A DNA stretch of 64,000 nucleotides from an uncultured Candidatus Saccharibacteria bacterium (GCA_964651115.1 CAZYXJ010000001.1:380243-444242); one strand, 5' to 3'. Shown: positions 27,379-37,237, numbered from the stretch's first letter. Notes: generated from the letters alone by a model not told the origin. Numbers and translations are program-made.

Positions 27379-28087
27379 TCTCGCATTACTTACCTCGAGC
27401 CTAACCGCTAATGCTCAAACCGCCCCCTTGGTTGATCTAATTTGGGAGGCCGATAGCTACTTACCGGCTTTTTACCCTGGACACAGCCGGCCAGCGCCTG
27501 GCAGCACCGTCCGCCTGGCCGCTTTAGCCCAGTTTACTGATCCGGCCACTGGCCGAAGTTTGGGTCCCGACAGTCTCACTTACACTTGGTCCAAAAATGG
27601 CCAAACCATGGGCGGCGTCTCGGGAGTGGGTAAAGATTCCATTATCTTTAGCGCTACCGAACAAGCTATTTTTCGAGTCACGGTGAGCCACTCGGCAAGC
27701 GGCCTAAGCGCGACTAATCAAGTCTCGATTAGTCCTCAACCCGGGCTCATTAAGCTTTATTACGAGGAACCACTCTTGGGCACGGCCCACCATCAACCGG
27801 TCCCGAGCACCTTTGAGATGCCCGAAGGTGAAATTAATTTAAGAGCCGAACCATTTTATTTTTCCCAGAACGCTTATCTCAACAAAAAAATCCAGTTCCA
27901 ATGGACCATCAACGGCGAAAATATTGTTTCTGACCCCGCCGATCCAGGTTTGATTACGATCACCAAGCCAGACACCGGGGTGGGGGAGAATGCTTTTACC
28001 GTCACGGCCAAAAATTTAGCTAACGTCTTGCAAACCGCGACTAATAAATTCACAATTAAGTTCAACAGCAGTAATATTTCTTTTTAA
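27344..28087 (+). CDS. secreted protein with signal peptide (T4SS-like cluster)
   Basis: Signal peptide LILVSLALLTSSLTANAQ; no recognisable domain. Confidence 0.45.
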   Translation: MSYLSPKLILVSLALLTSSLTANAQTAPLVDLIWEADSYLPAFYPGHSRPAPGSTVRLAALAQFTDPATGRSLGPDSLTYTWSKNGQTMGGVSGVGKDSIIFSATEQAIFRVTVSHSASGLSATNQVSISPQPGLIKLYYEEPLLGTAHHQPVPSTFEMPEGEINLRAEPFYFSQNAYLNKKIQFQWTINGENIVSDPADPGLITITKPDTGVGENAFTVTAKNLANVLQTATNKFTIKFNSSNISF

Positions 28088-28089
28088 CT

Positions 28090-28452
28090 ATGGATCCTCT
28101 TTACGCCGCTCAAAATACCAAACAAGTCGTGCTCATTCCTAATGCCGTTATCCCGGGCACCGAAAATCCTGAAGACTTCACTGATTTTATAGGCGGCCTC
28201 CTGCCGCAAATAATTACTGTTTTAGTCCTGCTCACGGTCATCTCCCTGGCGTGGTGGGGAATTGGCTACTTCTTAAAAAACATCCCGGGCTTCAAGTCCT
28301 ACGCCAAAACCAGAATTTGGGACATTATTTTAGGCCTAGTCCTAATTTTTGGGGCCTATCTCATTCTCCAAGTAATCAACCCCAACATCAATAACGGCAA
28401 CCTCTTTAACAACTCTTTAAATCAGATCAAGAATTCGAGTCCAGCCAAGTAA
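28090..28452 (+). CDS. small hydrophobic protein, possible VirB2/TrbC-like pilin
   Basis: 120 aa with two hydrophobic segments (ITVLVLLTVISLAWWGIGYF; IILGLVLIFGAYLILQVI), a pilin-like architecture; speculative. Confidence 0.35.
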   Translation: MDPLYAAQNTKQVVLIPNAVIPGTENPEDFTDFIGGLLPQIITVLVLLTVISLAWWGIGYFLKNIPGFKSYAKTRIWDIILGLVLIFGAYLILQVINPNINNGNLFNNSLNQIKNSSPAK

Positions 28453-28455
28453 ACC

Positions 28456-29679
28456 ATGCGGCGCCTTCTTATTATTATCATCTTAGTAGCCACCGGCTTA
28501 GCTGGCGGAGGTTGGTGGCTGTGGCAAAGGGCCCAAACTAACGGTGTTCTCTACGAGCCGCCAGCGGCCACCATTAACTTCCCCCAAGGAGAAGAGCGTC
28601 CAGGAATCAGCCGTTCAACCACCAGCGCCACCCTAATCCTGCCGGATCTTTCGAGTGGACCGCTTCAAACCGCCTCTAATCGACCCGTGGTGGGAGTAAT
28701 GAGCTTTGGTTCAGCGTCCTCCTCTCTAGAAATCTACGCCGAAGCAGTGAGCGGCCACCTTTATCTCGCCGGCGGCGGCCGCCTCTCCAACACCACGGTG
28801 GCTGGCCTCCGTCGGATCGTCGGGGCCAGCCAAGGCAAAAATATTAAGCTCCTCCTCACCACTCAAACGGGAGCCATGCCAGAAACCTTACTCGCCACTT
28901 TTATTCCACCCAAAGAAAATACTAATAGCTTCGTTGATAATCTCGAATCGGAAACCACCCTCCAAACTCAAGCGCTCTCTCGACTAATTAGAGAGCCCGT
29001 CATTAGCCCGACGGGCGAGGCCTGGGCCTATCTCACCCCCAAAGGCCCCAAGACTGAAGTCGTGATTAATCAATTTAGCAGCAGCAGTCCAATTTCGCTT
29101 TATTCCTCGCCGCTCGAAGAATGGTCTCTCGCTTGGCCCGCAACCTCAACCATCACCCTACAAACAAAGCCGGCCAGCTTTATTGCGGGCACCTTAATCG
29201 GTCTAAATCCGAAAACTAAAGTAGCCACGCGGCTAATCGGGGGAGTCTCCGGCCTCTCCGCCCAGATGAGCCCCGATGGCCAAGCCATCGTCTACAGCGG
29301 CGCTGCTACCAACGGAATTTTTCTGGGACTTTACTACCCAGCCACCGACCTATTAACTCGCGCGCCTTTTGTAACGCTAGCCGATAAGTGTACCTGGTCT
29401 AAAAATAGCCAAACTCTTTATTGCGCAGTGCCCAAAACCATCCCCCCAGGGAATTATCCCGAAGATTGGTATCAAAGTAACGTTAGTTTTAGCGATATTT
29501 TCTGGAAATTTAATCGTCAGACCAACCGCGCCGAAATTATTTACAATCCCGAATTGGCTAATCCTAGCCGGTCACTCGACGCGACCAATCTAGTCGTCAG
29601 CATTGACGAAAGCAAACTCTACTTTAAAAATAAAGCTGACCAACTTCTTTGGAGTCTTAATCTCAAGACAGGATTTTAG
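28456..29679 (+). CDS. N-terminally anchored secreted protein, putative beta-propeller (TolB-like repeats)
   Basis: N-terminal TM; repeated SP(D/T)G...Y motifs (SPTGEAWAYL, SPDGQAIVYS). Confidence 0.4.
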   Translation: MRRLLIIIILVATGLAGGGWWLWQRAQTNGVLYEPPAATINFPQGEERPGISRSTTSATLILPDLSSGPLQTASNRPVVGVMSFGSASSSLEIYAEAVSGHLYLAGGGRLSNTTVAGLRRIVGASQGKNIKLLLTTQTGAMPETLLATFIPPKENTNSFVDNLESETTLQTQALSRLIREPVISPTGEAWAYLTPKGPKTEVVINQFSSSSPISLYSSPLEEWSLAWPATSTITLQTKPASFIAGTLIGLNPKTKVATRLIGGVSGLSAQMSPDGQAIVYSGAATNGIFLGLYYPATDLLTRAPFVTLADKCTWSKNSQTLYCAVPKTIPPGNYPEDWYQSNVSFSDIFWKFNRQTNRAEIIYNPELANPSRSLDATNLVVSIDESKLYFKNKADQLLWSLNLKTGF

Positions 29680-30385
29680 CTCGACGCCGGACCAATAACT
29701 CGTGGCCGATGGCGAAACAATTACTCGTCACCCAATAAAGCACCACCGCGGCCGGAAATCCTAGCGCGACAAAGGTAATCATCACGGGGAAGATAAATCG
29801 CATCTGCATATTCATACTCCGCGCCAAGTCGGCTTTGAGCGACGGCTGGTCTTGATTAGAACTCTGAGGCAGGGGAGGAACCGCCAAACTGATTTGAAAA
29901 TACTGGGAGACGCCGGCCACCAAGGCCAACGGGATACTGCGAGCGGTTAGATCAAGTAGCCCTAAAAAATGCGCGTTGACCCCGAGCGGAGGAGTAATAA
30001 ACGCGTACAACCACTGGCTATTAATCGTCAGGCTGTCACGGAAAACGTAAAGTAAAGCAAACATAATGGGTAATTGAATAAGCAAAGTCACAAAACCAGA
30101 AAACGGGTTGACTCCATGAGCTCGATAAAGAGCCATAATCGCCTGGGCTTGAGCGGCGCTATCACTTTGATGTTTAGCTTTGAGCGCCGCAATCTCCGCC
30201 TCTAACTCCTTAAGCTTCTTTTGCGTGGTTAGAGCACGATGTTGGAGAGGAAGTAACGCGAATTTAACTAAAATAGTCAATAAAATAATGGCAATACCTA
30301 AATCGTGCCCAGGTACAATGGCCGACAGCCAAATCAAAAGATTATAAAGCGGTTCGAAGAAAATCGTTCGGAAAAGAGCCCGCAT
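29663..30385 (-). CDS. yidC: membrane protein insertase YidC/Oxa1 (short form)
   Basis: LLTILVKFALLPLQHRALTTQKKLKELE, MALYRAHGVNPFSGFVTLLIQLPIMFALLYVF; upstream of rnpA/rpmH in classic origin-region synteny. Confidence 0.85.
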   Translation of the reverse strand: MRALFRTIFFEPLYNLLIWLSAIVPGHDLGIAIILLTILVKFALLPLQHRALTTQKKLKELEAEIAALKAKHQSDSAAQAQAIMALYRAHGVNPFSGFVTLLIQLPIMFALLYVFRDSLTINSQWLYAFITPPLGVNAHFLGLLDLTARSIPLALVAGVSQYFQISLAVPPLPQSSNQDQPSLKADLARSMNMQMRFIFPVMITFVALGFPAAVVLYWVTSNCFAIGHELLVRRRAKILS

Positions 30386-30391
30386 AGAGAT

Positions 30392-30724
30392 TTATAGTAT
30401 ACCCGCTTCGCGTAACAAAGACAGTATTGACGCCTTAAGGGCCGGATAGGAATAGTTGAGCAGGGGAGCCCCCAAGAAAAAAGCCCCTCCCTGACCGCGC
30501 TTTAAACGGGAAAACTCCTGGGTCACGACCGCCCGAACTCGTCGGCGAAGACGATTGCGATCAACCGCCCGACGAAGGGATTTGCGACCAACAATAAAGG
30601 CAAATTTAGGGCCGAGCTGAACATTTTCGAGAGGGTGGAGAGTTAACGATAGGGGAAAATGGCCATATTTATGGCCATTTTTAATGACTGCGGTCAGGAA
30701 ATCGCGGTCGAGAGCGTTCTTCAC
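30392..30724 (-). CDS. rnpA: ribonuclease P protein component
   Basis: Basic RnpA motif KSLRRAVDRNRLRRRVRAVV; position between rpmH and yidC. Confidence 0.75.
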   Translation of the reverse strand: MKNALDRDFLTAVIKNGHKYGHFPLSLTLHPLENVQLGPKFAFIVGRKSLRRAVDRNRLRRRVRAVVTQEFSRLKRGQGGAFFLGAPLLNYSYPALKASILSLLREAGIL

Positions 30725-30727
30725 AAT

Positions 30728-30862
30728 TTAAACAGACAACCGAGCGCGACCTTTACGTCGACGGCTTTGCAAAACCTTGCGTCCACCGGGCGTCCGACTC
30801 CGAACGAGAAAGCCGTGGGTTCGGGCGCGTTTGCGCTTTTTTGGTTGGTAGGTAACAGACAT
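30728..30862 (-). CDS. rpmH: 50S ribosomal protein L34
   Basis: My own reverse-strand translation gives [44 protein letters not shown] (44 aa), a canonical L34. Absent from the ORF track (under 60 aa). Confidence 0.85.
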   Translation of the reverse strand: MSVTYQPKKRKRARTHGFLVRSRTPGGRKVLQSRRRKGRARLSV

Positions 30863-30899
30863 GCGGCCATACTAGCTTATTTATCTAATTGGTTCAAGC

Positions 30900-31028
30900 C
30901 TAGAGCCGCTTAAGCGACTTATACTAAAGGCATCCACAGTTTTGGCTCAGTCATCCACAGTAATTCACAGCTTATTAACAGGTGGGGATAAGTTGCTTCT
31001 CCCTCCGACTAAAGCATATAATTGAGCC
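30900..31028. promoter_or_regulatory. dnaA upstream region with DnaA-box-like 9-mers
   Basis: GCATCCACA, TCATCCACA and ACTTATCCCCACC (reverse complement) resemble TTATCCACA. Confidence 0.45.
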
Positions 31029-32393
31029 ATGAATGATTTGGCTAAATTGTGGAACGAGGCTTTGCTGGATATCGAGACCACAATTTCTAAAGCCAACTTT
31101 GGCACGTGGTTTAAAAACACTCGGATTGTTCGTCACGATAGCGGCGTTATCTACCTAGGAGTACCTAATGCCTTCGTTAAAGAATGGCTCTCCACCAAAT
31201 ACCACAAATTTATCCTCAAGGCCGTCCGCACTCTCTACCCCGAAGTCCGCGCGTTGGAGTATCAGATCGTTAAGAACGAAGAACTGGCTAAATTTAAGGT
31301 CGCCGATACCACTCCCAAGCCAATTTTTGGCGGGCAATTGGAAATGCCCGAGATTTACATCAATCGGGAGGATAATCTTAACCCCCGCTACGTCTTTGAC
31401 AGCTTTATTGTTGGCTCTTTTAACGAATTAGCCCATGCCGCCACCCAAGCCGTCATTAGAAATCCAGGCAGTGTTTATAATCCACTCTTTATTTACGGCA
31501 ATACCGGGGTAGGTAAGACCCATCTCATCCAATCGGCGGGGAATCATATTAAAAAGAATTTGCCCCAGAAAAAGGTTTTTTACGTCACCTCCGAACAATT
31601 CGCTATCGACTACGTTAATGCCCTCCAGAGCAACAAAATTCACGTTTTTAAGGAGCGTTACCGCAAATATGACCTCCTAATCATTGATGACGTGCAGTTT
31701 TTCTCCAATAAAGACAAAATGCAGGAGGAATTATTCCATTTGTTTAACAGTTTTCATGAGCAAAACAAGCAAATCATCTTTTCTTCTGATAAACCGCCCA
31801 AATATATCCCCAATTTAGAAGATCGCCTGCGCTCCCGCTTCGAAGGGGGGATGATTGTTGACGTTGCTAAGCCAGATTATGAGTCTCGATTGGCCATTCT
31901 CCAGACCAAGGCTAAGCAAGCCGCTATTCCTCCCGGAGGGGAAATCTTAGATTTCCTGGCCAACTCCATTCAAGACAGCATTCGTGAGCTCGAAGGCACT
32001 CTCAATACCATCATTTGCCAAGCGCAAGTAAAAAATCGACCGCTTAGCATCCAAGAAGTTAAATTATTGGTCAAAAACAACCTTAAACCCAAAAAAGTAC
32101 CCTCGGTTAAAAACGTTGCTGAAGTCATTTCTTCTTTCTACAACATTGCCGAAAGGGCGCTCTACGACAAAACGCGCCGCAAAGAGGTCGTTAAACCCCG
32201 TCAAATAATGATGTATATTCTCCGCGAAGACTTTAATACGTCTTACCCTACTATTGGTCAGAAGCTGGGCGGTCGCGATCACACCACCGTTATTCACGCT
32301 TACGAAAAAGTAAAAAATGATCTGAAGGGCGATAGTGTTTTGACTCAAGAATTAGAACAGATCCGCACCATGCTTTATAACGAACAATCTTAA
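31029..32393 (+). CDS. dnaA: chromosomal replication initiator DnaA
   Basis: AAA+ Walker A GNTGVGKTHL, Walker B LLIIDDVQF, and C-terminal DNA-binding helix-turn-helix motif (GGRDHTTVIHA). Confidence 0.9.
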   Translation: MNDLAKLWNEALLDIETTISKANFGTWFKNTRIVRHDSGVIYLGVPNAFVKEWLSTKYHKFILKAVRTLYPEVRALEYQIVKNEELAKFKVADTTPKPIFGGQLEMPEIYINREDNLNPRYVFDSFIVGSFNELAHAATQAVIRNPGSVYNPLFIYGNTGVGKTHLIQSAGNHIKKNLPQKKVFYVTSEQFAIDYVNALQSNKIHVFKERYRKYDLLIIDDVQFFSNKDKMQEELFHLFNSFHEQNKQIIFSSDKPPKYIPNLEDRLRSRFEGGMIVDVAKPDYESRLAILQTKAKQAAIPPGGEILDFLANSIQDSIRELEGTLNTIICQAQVKNRPLSIQEVKLLVKNNLKPKKVPSVKNVAEVISSFYNIAERALYDKTRRKEVVKPRQIMMYILREDFNTSYPTIGQKLGGRDHTTVIHAYEKVKNDLKGDSVLTQELEQIRTMLYNEQS

Positions 32394-32542
32394 TCCCCAG
32401 TTATCACCAGAGTTATGCACAACCGTCATTCATTAAACAGCTCTCTAACTAAGGATATTTTGGACTATCCACCTATCCACACCCTTAATAGTATTAGTAA
32501 TAGAATTATCTTTAAAATACTTTAATTAATACTATTAGAGAT
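32394..32542. promoter_or_regulatory. oriC: predicted oriC (DnaA boxes + AT-rich unwinding element) in the dnaA-dnaN intergenic region
   Basis: AGTTATCACCA, AGTTATGCACA and CTATCCACCTATCCACA match TTATCCACA with 0-2 mismatches, followed by an AT-rich run TAATAGTATTAGTAATAGAATTATCTTTAAAATACTTTAATTAATACTATTAG. Confidence 0.6.
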
Positions 32543-33646
32543 ATGAAATTTTCTTGCTCCACCTCTCAGTTACGTTTAGCGATCACGACCGCCGAAAGAT
32601 TGACGGGAAAAAATTTATCCCTACCGGCCTTAGCCCATTTATATTTGGCGGTAGTTGATGATCAGGTAATTATTAGATCAACTAACCTAGATATTGGTTT
32701 AGAGCTAAAGTTGGCGGCTAATCAAACCAAGGCAGGAGCGGTAATGGTTTCGGGCGCAGTTTTAGGTAACTTTTTGAGTAATTTACCTAGTTCACAAGAA
32801 ATTACTGTTGAGTTAGATAAAAACATCCTAAAACTTAAAGGTGGTCGGACGCAAAGCTCGGTGGTTACTTATCCGGTTGATGATTTTCCGACAATTCCTC
32901 GCTTAACCGAAGGGGAGACGGTGGAATTTCCGGTGTCGACGATGGTCGCGGCTTTTAAAAATGTTTGGTATGCCGCTTCGTTATCGGATATCAAGCCGGA
33001 AATTGCCAGCGTTTATGCTTACGCGGACAATCGCGATCTGGTTTTGGTCGCGACGGACTCTTTTCGTTTGGCGGAAAAGAAAGTTTCTTTCTCGGCAACC
33101 CTGCCCGATAATTTAAAATTAATCATTCCCTTTAAGAACGCCGTGGAATTGGTGAGAGTTTTTGAACACAGTGAAGAAGTCGCCACTTTGTCTTACACGG
33201 CTAATCAATTTACGGTCACGACGCCGACGGTTTTCTTTTCGTCTCGTTTGGTTGACGGTATTTATCCTGATTATCGGCAAATTGTGCCGACGGCTTCAAC
33301 TACGCGGGTAGTGGTAAGCAAGCCCGAGTTGCAGAATGCTCTTAAAATCTCCACCATCTTCTCCGATAAGCTTAATCAGATCTCGCTACGCGTTGATGTG
33401 GAAAGTGGTCGCTGTGAGCTTTCTGCGCGCAATAGCGAGGTGGGAGAGAGCGCGACAGAGCTGTCGGCCCGAGTGGAAGGCGAAACCTTGGAGGTAAGTT
33501 ATAACGTTAAATATTTACTAGACGCTTTCCAGTCGTTAAATACCGATACCCTTTCGCTTTCCTGGAATGGTAAACAACGACCCCTTTCCGTTACCGCGGT
33601 TGGTGATCCAAGCTTTTTGTATTTGGTAATGCCCCTCAATCGTTAG
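32543..33646 (+). CDS. dnaN: DNA polymerase III beta sliding clamp
   Basis: 367 aa, three-domain beta-clamp pattern, immediately after dnaA. Confidence 0.85.
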   Translation: MKFSCSTSQLRLAITTAERLTGKNLSLPALAHLYLAVVDDQVIIRSTNLDIGLELKLAANQTKAGAVMVSGAVLGNFLSNLPSSQEITVELDKNILKLKGGRTQSSVVTYPVDDFPTIPRLTEGETVEFPVSTMVAAFKNVWYAASLSDIKPEIASVYAYADNRDLVLVATDSFRLAEKKVSFSATLPDNLKLIIPFKNAVELVRVFEHSEEVATLSYTANQFTVTTPTVFFSSRLVDGIYPDYRQIVPTASTTRVVVSKPELQNALKISTIFSDKLNQISLRVDVESGRCELSARNSEVGESATELSARVEGETLEVSYNVKYLLDAFQSLNTDTLSLSWNGKQRPLSVTAVGDPSFLYLVMPLNR

Positions 33647-33648
33647 GC

Positions 33649-33906
33649 ATGCAGGGAATCCATTTTTTTCTAGAAAAATTTCGTCATCTTGTCCCGGCCG
33701 ATAAAGAGTTGAAGGAAGCGGTGGTCGCGGCTGTTAAGCAGGTCACGGGTCGCGATCTGCCAGTTGCTGATGTCTCGGTGCAGAAATGGAACGTTTATAT
33801 TAAAACCAAACCTGCCTTAAAGAGCGAAATTTTTTTAAATCACGAGGAGATTAATCAAGCGCTAGAGAGTGCTTTAGCGAGTCGGAGACCGCGTCGCGTC
33901 GTCTAG
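33649..33906 (+). CDS. small protein downstream of dnaN (possibly DUF721/DciA-like)
   Basis: 85 aa; position and size resemble small nucleic-acid-binding proteins found after dnaN; family assignment uncertain. Confidence 0.35.
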   Translation: MQGIHFFLEKFRHLVPADKELKEAVVAAVKQVTGRDLPVADVSVQKWNVYIKTKPALKSEIFLNHEEINQALESALASRRPRRVV

Positions 33907-36012
33907 GTTTAATTTTTGAGTCTTAGCCCAAGCTTGAATGGGTTCTTCCCAGAGCGAGTATTGAGGATCGTTAGTTCGACCGAGCCAGTATAAAATCGAG
34001 TGGATTTTAGGGATGATTTCTTCTTGGACGCCGTCATCAGTTTCGATTAAACGACTTTCTCCACCTTGCCAGTAACCACGATAATAGGGCGGTAAGGAAG
34101 GATCAATTGGTTCGGGTGGGTTAAAGTTTTCGGTAGGAAGTTTTCGGAGGGCCTCTCTCATAAAGGCGTTCCACATTGGGGCGACGACTAAGCCGGCCAC
34201 CTTTTTTTCGATGGGAGAATTATCGTTATTTCCCGCCCAGGCGCCGACGGCAATGGTGGGAGTGTAGCCCATAATCCAGGTGTCGCGAAAATCGTTGGTC
34301 GTACCGGTTTTGGCGGCCACGTCGTAGCCCGGTAAGTAGAGAGGTGAGTTGGCGGAATAACTTGGTTGGCGGGCCTCGTTATCGGAGAGGATATTAGAAA
34401 TAATCCGAGCGGTATTGGGGGCCAGAACTTGTTCGGAAGCTTCTTCGAACTCACGAATTACCGTGCCATCACGTTCTTCGATGCGGAGGATGGTGGCATA
34501 AGGATTTCTTACTCCTTCGTTAGCAAAAACCCCATAGGCGCTAGTCAAATCGAGGAGAGAAACTTCGCCGCCACCCAAAACGAGGGTTAGACCATAGCGG
34601 CGCCAATCGCCGAGTGTTTGAATCCCCATTCTTTTAGCTAAATCGAGGGTGTCTTTAACGCCAGCTAGGTAGAGAACTTTAATGGCGGGGATGTTGATTG
34701 ATTGAGCCAGGGCCGTGCGAAAGGTCATCGGTCCACGGAATTGATCATCGTAGTTAGATGGTGCATAGCAACGTTCGGGGTTGGCGGAACAGCCAGTATC
34801 AAATTGTGTCGGCAGGTCGAAAATTGCCGTTTCGGAAGTGAAGCCTTTGTTGAAGGCCTCGGCGTAAGCGAAGGGCTTAAAGGTTGAGCCCGGTTGGCGC
34901 TTAGCTAAAGCAATATTGTAATTACCGTCAATTTCGTCGCTAAAGTAATCTTTAGAGCCGACGAGCGTTAAGATTTGCCCGGTTTTGGGATCGAGGGCGA
35001 CTAAAGCGGCGTTAGAGGCGTTAAAATTCTTTAAGTTTTCGGCGGCGTAGTTGGCAACAATTTCTTCCGCTTTCTCTTGGAGTTCCCAATCGAGAGTGGT
35101 GATCACTTTGTAACCTCGCGTCCGGATGGCTTCTTCGCCTAATTCTTTTTCTAATTGTTCGCGGACCATCAGGACAAAGTGAGGAGCTCGAATATTTCCT
35201 TTAGGTGGTTTTTGAAAATCAACTTTAATTTTATTAGCCGCTTCGCGCTGTTCTGCCGTAATGAAGCCGATTTCTTCCATGCGGCTCAAGACTAAATTTT
35301 TCCGCTCTTCTAATTTGTCGCGGTGTTCGCCGAAGGGCGAATAATAAGTTGGCGCTTTCGGGATGGCGGCCAAATAAGCCGCTTCCGGCAAAGTCACTTC
35401 TGACGCCGGCTTGCCAAAAAAGGCTCTGGCGGCTTCCTCAACCCCGTAAATCGTCCCGCCGTAAGGTGACTCATTAAGATAAATGCTCAAAATCTGCTCT
35501 TTGCTGAGGACTCGTTCCATTTTAATGGCTAAAATGGCCTCTTTAATCTTACGCGTCCAAGTTTTTTCAGTCGTGAGGAGGGAATTTTTGACCACTTGCT
35601 GGCTAATGGTGGAACCGCCTTGGACTTTAGCGCCCGCTAAAATGTTGACGATCATGGCGCGGACGATCGCCATGGGCTTAACGCCCGAGTGTTCGTAAAA
35701 TTCGCTGTCTTCGATCGCGACAGTCGCGTTCTTTATCTCTTTGGAAATATCTTCGAAGGGTACTACCTGTCTTTTGACTTGATCATAGACGTCGTAGAGC
35801 ACGACTTTGCCCGTTCGATCATAAATTTTAGTCGATTCGCTAACGATGCGATTTTCGAAGGAATCAAAATCGGGGAGGGGGAGAGTGGCAATCCAAAACA
35901 AAATTACCCCGGTTCCCAGGAAGCCGGCAATTAGGGCCAAGATTAGGGCGGAGCGCCACCAAGCCGGCAACCGCCACCAAGTCCTTTTCCTCATGTTCTT
36001 TGATCGTAGCAT
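33874..36012 (-). CDS. class A penicillin-binding protein (glycosyltransferase + transpeptidase), PBP1A-like
   Basis: N-terminal TM; GT51 motifs EDSEFYEHSG and GGSTISQQVVKN; transpeptidase STFKPF (SxxK) and KTGTT. Confidence 0.85.
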   Translation of the reverse strand: MLRSKNMRKRTWWRLPAWWRSALILALIAGFLGTGVILFWIATLPLPDFDSFENRIVSESTKIYDRTGKVVLYDVYDQVKRQVVPFEDISKEIKNATVAIEDSEFYEHSGVKPMAIVRAMIVNILAGAKVQGGSTISQQVVKNSLLTTEKTWTRKIKEAILAIKMERVLSKEQILSIYLNESPYGGTIYGVEEAARAFFGKPASEVTLPEAAYLAAIPKAPTYYSPFGEHRDKLEERKNLVLSRMEEIGFITAEQREAANKIKVDFQKPPKGNIRAPHFVLMVREQLEKELGEEAIRTRGYKVITTLDWELQEKAEEIVANYAAENLKNFNASNAALVALDPKTGQILTLVGSKDYFSDEIDGNYNIALAKRQPGSTFKPFAYAEAFNKGFTSETAIFDLPTQFDTGCSANPERCYAPSNYDDQFRGPMTFRTALAQSINIPAIKVLYLAGVKDTLDLAKRMGIQTLGDWRRYGLTLVLGGGEVSLLDLTSAYGVFANEGVRNPYATILRIEERDGTVIREFEEASEQVLAPNTARIISNILSDNEARQPSYSANSPLYLPGYDVAAKTGTTNDFRDTWIMGYTPTIAVGAWAGNNDNSPIEKKVAGLVVAPMWNAFMREALRKLPTENFNPPEPIDPSLPPYYRGYWQGGESRLIETDDGVQEEIIPKIHSILYWLGRTNDPQYSLWEEPIQAWAKTQKLNLDDATRSPTR

Positions 36013-36050
36013 GGTGGTCAGACGCCGGCAAAGTATGATACATTCTTTTT

Positions 36051-37202
36051 ATGGCTGAACTATTAACTCGCGGTGTAGAGCGGATTTACCCCTCTTTCGA
36101 CGAACTCGAAAAAGTTTTAGCGAGTGGCAAAAAATTGAAGATTTATTTGGGGATCGACCCGACGGGGCCATCTCTGCATCTTGGTCATTTGGCCAATCTT
36201 TTACGATTGAGAGATTTTCAAGAGCAAGGGCATGAAGTCGTGATTTTGATCGGTGATTTTACCGCCATGATTGGCGATCCCACCGATAAGACCGCGGCGC
36301 GAATTAAGTTGACGGCCGATCAAGTGGCGGAAAATTTGAAAAATTATCAATCGCAGATTGAAAAAATCTTAAACCCCGAAAAAACTAAGTTCGTGTTTAA
36401 TAGCAGTTGGCTGTCCGGACTAAATTTGGGAGAAATTTTAGAGCTAGCTTCGGAGTTTACTGTTAGCCAACTGCTTGAACGAGATATGTTTCAGGAACGG
36501 TTACGTCGTGAGCAACCTGTTTATCTTCATGAGTTTTTGTATCCCCTGATGCAAGGTTATGATTCGGTGGTGTTGGCGGTCGATTTGGAGATTGGAGGCA
36601 ATGATCAAACCTTTAACATGCTGGTGGGTCGAGAGATGCAGAAGCGCCGCGGTCGGGAAAAGTTTGTTTTGGCGGGCAAACTGCTCGTTGACGGCGCTGG
36701 TAAAAAAATGGGTAAGACGGAGGGTAATATGGTGATGTTAAGCGATCATCCCAACGAAATCTTCGGCAAGGTGATGAGTTGGCCTGACGCGCTTTTGCCT
36801 TTAGGTTTCGAGTTGTGTACTCGCTTACCTCTGGCGACTCAATTGGCTTTTATTGCGGAAGATCCTAAGTTGGCCAAGATGCGATTAGCTCGGGAGATTA
36901 TTAGCTTGCTTTATGGCTCGGCCGAGGCGCAGTCGGCTGAGGAGTATTTCGTTAACACCTTCCAAAAAAAAGAAGTTCCGGAATCATTGGAGGAGGTAGA
37001 AATCGAACCCGGGGAAATGTTGGGAGATTCGTTAGTGAGAGCCGGAGTCGTTGCTTCCAAGTCCGAATTTCGACGTCTGGTGGAGCAGGGAGGCGTTCAT
37101 GACTTAGACGGTTCGGTGATCACTGATCCACTAATTTTAGCTAAGCCCGATTTGCGTTTACGTTTAGGTAAACGTCGGTTTGTTAAGTTGGTGGCTCGAT
37201 AA
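36051..37202 (+). CDS. tyrS: tyrosine--tRNA ligase
   Basis: HIGH-type GPSLHLGHL, IGDPTDKT, KMSKS-type KMGKT, C-terminal S4 domain. Confidence 0.85.
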   Translation: MAELLTRGVERIYPSFDELEKVLASGKKLKIYLGIDPTGPSLHLGHLANLLRLRDFQEQGHEVVILIGDFTAMIGDPTDKTAARIKLTADQVAENLKNYQSQIEKILNPEKTKFVFNSSWLSGLNLGEILELASEFTVSQLLERDMFQERLRREQPVYLHEFLYPLMQGYDSVVLAVDLEIGGNDQTFNMLVGREMQKRRGREKFVLAGKLLVDGAGKKMGKTEGNMVMLSDHPNEIFGKVMSWPDALLPLGFELCTRLPLATQLAFIAEDPKLAKMRLAREIISLLYGSAEAQSAEEYFVNTFQKKEVPESLEEVEIEPGEMLGDSLVRAGVVASKSEFRRLVEQGGVHDLDGSVITDPLILAKPDLRLRLGKRRFVKLVAR

Positions 37203-37237
37203 AAAACCACCCCGCCAAGGCGGGGTGGTTTTTAGAT
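37203..37237 (+). terminator. rho-independent terminator of tyrS
   Basis: AAAAAACCACCCCGCC-aa-GGCGGGGTGGTTTTTAG: perfect hairpin flanked by A/T runs (bidirectional). Confidence 0.7.

Noticed and set aside
30659-30913. 84-aa plus-strand ORF
   Set aside because: It overlaps the minus-strand rpmH, whose translation is a perfect L34.
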